From contig JBAZRX010000007.1 in assembly GCA_041662725.1 (NCBI GenBank), forward strand, positions 1 to 53,150: 53,150 nt of DNA. Reading direction: 5' to 3'. The stretch comes from Minisyncoccota bacterium. GTDB lineage: Bacteria > Patescibacteriota > Minisyncoccia > Phycocordibacterales > PALSA-1337. Under the pieces are notes generated by a model, which was not told the origin of the DNA, did no database searches, and saw only the letters and a list, made by a program, of their open reading frames with translations. Below are positions 47,586-53,150 of this stretch, piece by piece (the stretch's first letter is position 1; every line of letters starts with the position of its first letter). Position numbers and translations under genes: made by a program.

Positions 47586-48221
47586 ATGAATATTCCAGAG
47601 AGTCCTTACCAGCGACTCATAGACATCATCGACCTTATACTCGTAAAAAATGAAACCGTGCAAGGTGGTTCAATTTCTCTTCATGTCCTCGAATTACCGG
47701 CACTGCCACAAAACAGCCTCGGTAACCAGATCTTGGTAGACACACTTAAAACACTCAAACAAAAACAACTGATCGCAACCTTCAGTGGCGTGAGTCAATA
47801 TCGTATACCGAAGCTTGACGCTGAAGCTGAAAAGAAGTTAACCAGTGAGAGGCAAAATCTGTTTAATCGTATCAGCACAGCGAGGCCGGACCATGCGAAT
47901 GTATATCTGAAAGATGAGACGGTTTCATTCAACGACGAGCAATCGATAATCCAGATTGGTAAGAAAACGTGCGCATTGCCTCCATTCAAAAATGAGCACT
48001 ACTTCTGCCAGGCTATGTTCTCACATCTACCGAATGAGCCTGTCGATTGGTCCCTTATCTACAAGCAGATGAACGGTAACCATGCGGATATCGCGGATGA
48101 GAAACATAAACGGACCATTCAAGACACTATGTATGCACTAAATAACCGAATCAAGAAGACCGTTAACACAGATGATGCTTTATTTACATGGGAAAATAGA
48201 ACTGTAAAGCGAAACTTCTAG
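47586..48221 (+). CDS. Hypothetical protein with a possible C-terminal winged-helix domain
   Basis: OmpR-C-like pattern (WSLIY..TIQDTMYALNNRI); probable ATG at 47586. Confidence 0.55.
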   Translation: MNIPESPYQRLIDIIDLILVKNETVQGGSISLHVLELPALPQNSLGNQILVDTLKTLKQKQLIATFSGVSQYRIPKLDAEAEKKLTSERQNLFNRISTARPDHANVYLKDETVSFNDEQSIIQIGKKTCALPPFKNEHYFCQAMFSHLPNEPVDWSLIYKQMNGNHADIADEKHKRTIQDTMYALNNRIKKTVNTDDALFTWENRTVKRNF

Positions 48222-48304
48222 ACACTCATCCGAGTCGTAATTGAGTCAATACCATTCAAAGTAGACTTTCACACGAGAGTCTATTTTTTATTCGCTTAAT
48301 TACA

Positions 48305-48559
48305 ATGAGTATGAAAACAATCCACGAGACCGACTTCTATCGCACCTCCGACCTCGCATGCGCGGCGGCTGTTTCCCTGTTCGTGCAACTCGATAGCATC
48401 GATAAGACCGACAGACGCCGGGCATTTTTCATATTCGAACGGAATAGCGAATTGGATGGACTGCTCGAATCGTTCTGGAAAGGTGCGTTGCAGGTCGAGC
48501 CGCGTGCCTACTTCGATCAGATCAAGGCGCTGAAGACACGTTTGTACGAAATCGACTAA
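48305..48559 (+). CDS. DUF5659-like small element protein
   Basis: FYRTSDL..AA, RAFFIF, FWKG.LQVEP..YF..IK.LK. Confidence 0.7.
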   Translation: MSMKTIHETDFYRTSDLACAAAVSLFVQLDSIDKTDRRRAFFIFERNSELDGLLESFWKGALQVEPRAYFDQIKALKTRLYEID

Positions 48560-48560
48560 C

Positions 48561-48725
48561 ATGCCCGCTCAACCCTGCAAAGCACAGATGGTCCCGGCAC
48601 TGACGTCGAAAAACGAGCAGATCTTCATCGATCGCTTGATCGAGATATTGCTCATGCAGGTTGAGCCTAATGAAAATGAAAATCATCGACTTCGAAAAAA
48701 TACTCGGATTCATAACATTGTTTAG
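48561..48725 (+). CDS. Small hypothetical protein (54 aa)
   Basis: Manual translation MPAQPCKAQMVPALTSKNEQIFIDRLIEILLMQV...; starts 1 nt after the previous stop. Confidence 0.4.
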   Translation: MPAQPCKAQMVPALTSKNEQIFIDRLIEILLMQVEPNENENHRLRKNTRIHNIV

Positions 48726-49143
48726 ATACGACCTGTTTGTCCGAATGGCCGAACTGGAAGACGCTGAAATGCGCATGTATCTTTGCTATGCCGCTCTCGC
48801 CCCATTCAAAGATGGTGCAAGTCGCGAAGTTGGAGTAGTCGATATTACATTTGATGAGTTGCTAGCCGGTCCGCTTAAGACGTGGTCCAAGAGCTCAGCA
48901 AGCCGCACTCGAGCATCGCTAATACGCAAAGGATGGTTAACCCTGAGAGGCAAACGTCTGATCGTGGTCAATCACTATCCCCTGTACAAAGCGAAGATGA
49001 AAGATATGAAACGGATTATCCTACAGGTGAAACCGGGAGTTGCACTAACGGATAAGAGTATTGCGCAGGCGGAACAAAACACCCTATGTGGATTAAATGT
49101 GGATAAGCAAAAACTGTTGGAAAAGCTCACTAAACCGCCATAA
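48670..49143 (+). CDS. Hypothetical HTH protein (possible replication initiator)
   Basis: SKSSASRTRASLIRKGWL helix-wing pattern; upstream of a repeat-rich spacer. Confidence 0.45.
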   Translation: MKMKIIDFEKILGFITLFRYDLFVRMAELEDAEMRMYLCYAALAPFKDGASREVGVVDITFDELLAGPLKTWSKSSASRTRASLIRKGWLTLRGKRLIVVNHYPLYKAKMKDMKRIILQVKPGVALTDKSIAQAEQNTLCGLNVDKQKLLEKLTKPP

Positions 49144-49241
49144 AATATTTCACCCTTGCAACTTTTCTAAGGCCTAAGAATGAGAAGAAATGAAGAAAGA
49201 GAAGAAGCATACCATTGCAAATCGCATCAATTAAGATTAAG

Positions 49242-49594
49242 TCACAAAATCACAAAAGCCCAATCTCACAAAATGGCTACAGATAAGGGTTTTGCCAAAA
49301 TAGATGGCCATAGATGTCCACTCAATAGGTGTGAGAAAATTCAGAAAGGTCAAAATCAGAACATGGCCGAGTTAAGGCATCTTGCCAAAATAGATACACA
49401 AAGATACACACTCGATCAGCACATTCAGAATCGCACGCATTTGAGCCACCGCGCCAAAATAACCACGAATCAACACCAATGAATAATCATACGGAAATTA
49501 GCCACCGTTTCAAAATAACCTGCAATCAACCGTAACGAAATACCGAAAAGTCGATTTCTAGAACTGGCTCTATTGAGCCACCACGCCAAAATAG
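49242..49594. repeat. Iteron-like direct repeats
   Basis: GCCAAAATA at 49294, 49384, 49453 and 49585; 21-bp near-repeat at 49441/49573; TCACAAAA three times. Confidence 0.7.
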
Positions 49595-49660
49595 AGACGA
49601 ATAGATACGAACGAAACTTCTTGATATCTTCCCCATTCATTGCATACTGTGACCACAACC

Positions 49661-51247
49661 ATGAACAAAGCCCTGATTTACACACGCGTTTCCACTGAGG
49701 AACAAGCCACGTCTGACCGGCATTCGCTGAAGACGCAACTTTCTCTGTGCGAGAAAGCCATCGACGATAGCGGCGAGTATAAGCTCGCGCCGGATGGCGT
49801 CTACAACGATCCCGGCAAGAGCGCTACCAACATGAAGCGTCCGGGACTTCAGGACATGCTCCTGCGTATCCAGGAAGACAAAACTATCAGAGCCGTCTTC
49901 GTTCAGGACACCGACCGCTTGGCAAGAAATACTACCGACCACCTGACCATCAAAGCTTTGCTCGCCAAGCATCAGGTGAAGCTCATCTCCGTATCGCAAC
50001 CAGGACTCGAAGACACACCCGAGGGCAATCTCATGGATACGATCATCGCCGGCTTCAATCAATTCCAGTCACAACTCACCGCCCGCAAGAGCACCAAGAG
50101 CATGGCGCAGAAATTCAGCGACGGTGGTTGGCCGACACATGCGCCAATCGGTTACCTGAATGTCGGAGAGAAAGATAACGAAAAGAAACGAACGGTTATT
50201 GTCGACCCCATTCGGGGACCGCTCATCCAGGAAGCCTTCAAGCTCTATGCTACCGGTGACTACTCTGCCGTGGCCGTCTTGGACATCATTCATGAGAAAG
50301 GCTTCCGTGCCAGAAATGGCAAGCGTATCATGTTAGGCAAATTCGCCGACATGTTCAAGAATCATTTCTACTACGGCGAGATGCGCTGGCGCGGGCTTGT
50401 CGGTCCCGGAAAGCATCAGCCGCTCATCGACAAGGAGCTCTACGACCGTTGCCAGAGGATCACCGAGGAGCACAACCACCGCGCCTGCCGCCGGCACAAG
50501 CATAACTTCATCCTGCGAGGATTCATCCGTTGCGCCATCTGTGGTTGCCGATACACGGCCGAGCATAACTTCAAGAAGAAGATATCGTACTACCACTGCA
50601 ACCGATACAAGAATAATATTCCAGGAAATATAAAATGCTCCGACATGTTCGTCGAGATGAGTAATCTGGAAAATCAGGTTCAGGAACAATTCAACCGCCT
50701 GCAATTCACCGACGACTTCATCGCCAAGATCGAGGCTCGGCTAAAAATCGTCTACGAAGAAAAGAAAAGCTCGGTCACTGACGAGAAAAGTCGGATCATG
50801 CAGGCCAAGCTTTCAGTAGAGAGCAAGCTCGAACGTGCCGAGCACAAATTGATCGACGGCGTCATTGATGACCAATCTTTTGAACGCTTGAAGAAAGCCT
50901 ATCGCGAGCAGATCGAGGACTTCGAGAACCAGATCGCCAAGCTGGACCGCTCCAAGAACATCAAGGTAGACGTGATACAGCAGGTTCTGGCGCTCACCCG
51001 CGACATCGGGACCTCATACAGCAATGCCAAACCGGAACTCAAGCAGCTTTATCTCGGACTTTTCTGGCATCATTTCTTGGCTAAGGAGCGGAAAATCGTC
51101 GAAGCGGTGAAATCGCCAATCGTCGTGGCTTTGGAAGAAGTCGGAGCGATAACCGATGCCGCCGAAAACACCATGAATACGCCCATTCCTAGCCCTATGT
51201 CGGACGTGGGATCATCGGTTATAAATAATACCTTCAGGGGTGCCTAG
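49661..51247 (+). CDS. Large serine recombinase
   Basis: YTRVSTEEQ, DRLAR, APIGY, GKHQPLI, CAICGCRY zinc ribbon and coiled coil; stop codon lies inside tRNA-His. Confidence 0.95.
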   Translation: MNKALIYTRVSTEEQATSDRHSLKTQLSLCEKAIDDSGEYKLAPDGVYNDPGKSATNMKRPGLQDMLLRIQEDKTIRAVFVQDTDRLARNTTDHLTIKALLAKHQVKLISVSQPGLEDTPEGNLMDTIIAGFNQFQSQLTARKSTKSMAQKFSDGGWPTHAPIGYLNVGEKDNEKKRTVIVDPIRGPLIQEAFKLYATGDYSAVAVLDIIHEKGFRARNGKRIMLGKFADMFKNHFYYGEMRWRGLVGPGKHQPLIDKELYDRCQRITEEHNHRACRRHKHNFILRGFIRCAICGCRYTAEHNFKKKISYYHCNRYKNNIPGNIKCSDMFVEMSNLENQVQEQFNRLQFTDDFIAKIEARLKIVYEEKKSSVTDEKSRIMQAKLSVESKLERAEHKLIDGVIDDQSFERLKKAYREQIEDFENQIAKLDRSKNIKVDVIQQVLALTRDIGTSYSNAKPELKQLYLGLFWHHFLAKERKIVEAVKSPIVVALEEVGAITDAAENTMNTPIPSPMSDVGSSVINNTFRGA

Positions 51248-51310
51248 AGAGAATCGGACTCTCGATACCGGTTCCACAAACCGGAGTTTTACCACTAAAC
51301 TATAGGCACC
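51237..51310 (-). tRNA. tRNA-His (GTG)
   Basis: G-1 plus acceptor GTGCCTA/TAGGCAC, C73, anticodon arm CCGGT-TTGTGGA-ACCGG; genomic 3' end reads CCT rather than CCA. Confidence 0.93.
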
Positions 51311-51313
51311 ATA

Positions 51314-51814
51314 TCACCGTTTTGCTAATTCTAGCAAAAACTTGGTTCTTTCAAGACTATCATGATGTACGAGAAAATGGCAATTGTAACAAAGCCATGC
51401 CAGATTACTAACTTTATTGTTTAAACGATTCTGATCAATGTGATGAATAGATAAAATTCTCTTATCAGTCGCCTTGCACAAGATACACATCTGAACAATT
51501 TTATTTCTACCAAGAACACTTCTGTATGAGTATCGCCCATTTTTCCAATTTGCATGTTTTGGACCTATAAATTCTTGATTCCTCCATTTAGTTTGACAAG
51601 ATTTTCCACAAAAGAATTTACCACTTTTAGAGTGTTCATATTTATTTTGTTTCCTATATACTTCTTTTTGACATATTGAACACTTAACATATGAGCCTTT
51701 TCTTGAGCCAAGATATTTGCAATTAAGTGAGCAGTATTTGCCTTTTCCCTTCTTGATCCAAAAAGGCTTTACATAAAATTCTTTTTTACATTGAATACAG
51801 TTAACAATAGGCAT
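51314..51814 (-). CDS. HNH endonuclease-like protein with CxxC..CS.xC zinc repeats
   Basis: HHIDQNRLNNKVSNLAWLCYNCH. Confidence 0.8.
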   Translation of the reverse strand: MPIVNCIQCKKEFYVKPFWIKKGKGKYCSLNCKYLGSRKGSYVKCSICQKEVYRKQNKYEHSKSGKFFCGKSCQTKWRNQEFIGPKHANWKNGRYSYRSVLGRNKIVQMCILCKATDKRILSIHHIDQNRLNNKVSNLAWLCYNCHFLVHHDSLERTKFLLELAKR

Positions 51815-51830
51815 TGAATATTTAACTTAC

Positions 51831-52385
51831 TTAATATGTTGGAGCTATTTCTGAAATACCAGATTTATGGTTAGTTAGTCGAGCGAGTGCATATAATAGT
51901 GAAGATGTGCGATTCAGGAAAGCCAAAGTCGTCCCCCCTATTTCTACCGAACCATCTTCGACAGATCGGATGATTTGCCTCTCAACTTTACGAGACAATG
52001 TCCTTGAATAATCAATAAGTGCCGAGAGCTCTGTACCTCCCGAGACAAAAAAGGTTTTGATTAATGGTAATTGTTTTTCAATATTATCAATCATCATTTC
52101 CATCTCCAAAACCTTTGTTCGAGTAATTGTTTTATTTGATCCAGCTACCTCAGCTTGAACAATAAAAAGACAATTTTGTAACCAAGAGATTATTTCCGGT
52201 AATTTTTTCTTTTCTATTTTCCACTTCTCTTTTTGCCCCTTAACTTTTATTATTCCCAAGAATGAATTCAGTTCATCCAAAACACCCAGAGATTCAGTCT
52301 CGCACGAACTCTTGGAAACCCTCCCTTTCTTCACCAGAGAAAATGTACGAGTTTTACCATCATCACCTTTTCGTGTATAAAGCAT
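51831..52385 (-). CDS. PduO-type ATP:cob(I)alamin adenosyltransferase-like protein
   Basis: LYTRKGDDGKT, DELNS, RT..RKVER, LNR. Confidence 0.85.
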   Translation of the reverse strand: MLYTRKGDDGKTRTFSLVKKGRVSKSSCETESLGVLDELNSFLGIIKVKGQKEKWKIEKKKLPEIISWLQNCLFIVQAEVAGSNKTITRTKVLEMEMMIDNIEKQLPLIKTFFVSGGTELSALIDYSRTLSRKVERQIIRSVEDGSVEIGGTTLAFLNRTSSLLYALARLTNHKSGISEIAPTY

Positions 52386-52399
52386 ATACTTAGTCTATT

Positions 52400-52915
52400 A
52401 TGAAAATCGCCAAACCTCAATTCTTCGATCGTCCTACTCTCGCAGTCGCCGAGGATTTGATCGGCTGTTATCTCGTAAGAAAAAGTAGAAATAAAATCGA
52501 AAGATTCATGATCACCGAAACAGAAGCCTATGATGGTTTTCATGATCTTGCCAGCCATGCTTCAAAAGGTAAAACCCCGAGGAATGAAATAATGTTTGGT
52601 CCAGCTGGATATTGGTATACATATTTTGTCTATGGAGTTCACTGGATGCTAAACATTGTTACTGGTCAGAAAGGTTATCCAGCGGCAGTCCTGATTCGTG
52701 GAACAAAAGAAGTGAATGGTCCGGCTAGATTAACAAAGAAACTGAGTATCACTGGGAAATTTAATAAGACAAAAGCTGTGAGATCAACCGGCTTATGGAT
52801 TGAAATTGGTGATCATAAAATTCCTAAAAATAAGATCAAGCGAACAAAAAGAGTTGGTGTCGATTATGCTGGCCCGATTTGGGCCAACAAGAAGTATCGG
52901 TTTGTTTTGGGATAA
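52400..52915 (+). CDS. 3-methyladenine DNA glycosylase (MPG/AAG family)
   Basis: FFDRPT, ITETEAY, YTYFVYGVH, AVLIR, GPARLT, TKRVGV. Confidence 0.93.
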   Translation: MKIAKPQFFDRPTLAVAEDLIGCYLVRKSRNKIERFMITETEAYDGFHDLASHASKGKTPRNEIMFGPAGYWYTYFVYGVHWMLNIVTGQKGYPAAVLIRGTKEVNGPARLTKKLSITGKFNKTKAVRSTGLWIEIGDHKIPKNKIKRTKRVGVDYAGPIWANKKYRFVLG

Positions 52916-53150
52916 TGTTTTTACTGTGCGTCATCTGAAACAGAGTATGAACTTTTTTAACATTGGATACTTAGCATAAAAATGAAAAACCACACCGATC
53001 GTGGTGTGGTTTGAAGATTTTAGCGAGTTCTACAACTCGGTAGATAAACTACTTGCGAACAGCGAGGAAGTATTGAGACCAAGAATCCCATATTCTTCCG
53101 TAGTACTGACCTTGGAGACAACGCTTATTATCCGGCCAATATTTGTTTAA

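Larger units (their letters stand above)
40164..51240. mobile_element. Integrative defence island at the tRNA-His 3' end (left boundary uncertain; may extend to about 34.1 kb)
   Basis: Recombinase abutting the tRNA, defence cargo and a compositional shift. Confidence 0.75.

Noticed and set aside
49180-49482. 100-aa ORF
   Set aside because: Overlaps the direct-repeat tract and has no recognisable features; probably spurious

Overview
This window looks like a small-genome Patescibacteria (Parcubacteria/OD1-like) chromosome segment. That assignment is inferred from gene content, divergent housekeeping proteins and an AT-rich backbone; genetic code 11 reads normally. The left part (1-34 kb) is backbone: recO, ileS with an inserted histidine-phosphatase domain, argS, a folate/thymidylate cluster (glyA, thyA, two HIT proteins, a deaminase fusion, an NTase, folA, dut), rplK-nusG-secE, folD, DsbA/VKOR and pyrD-pyrC-pyrB. 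It also carries many hairpin repeats and an orphan DGR-type target gene. The right part (about 34-51.3 kb) is a visibly more GC-rich mosaic ending at tRNA-His. It holds late purine genes (purM, purH, purB, and an animal-type PurC-PurE fusion) and a primase-helicase. It also holds a CBASS-like operon (membrane protein, CD-NTase, 3'-5' exonuclease) set divergently from a LexA-like repressor that heads a Type II R-M operon, followed by small element genes and a large serine recombinase. All calls come from motif recognition by eye; no database searches were run.
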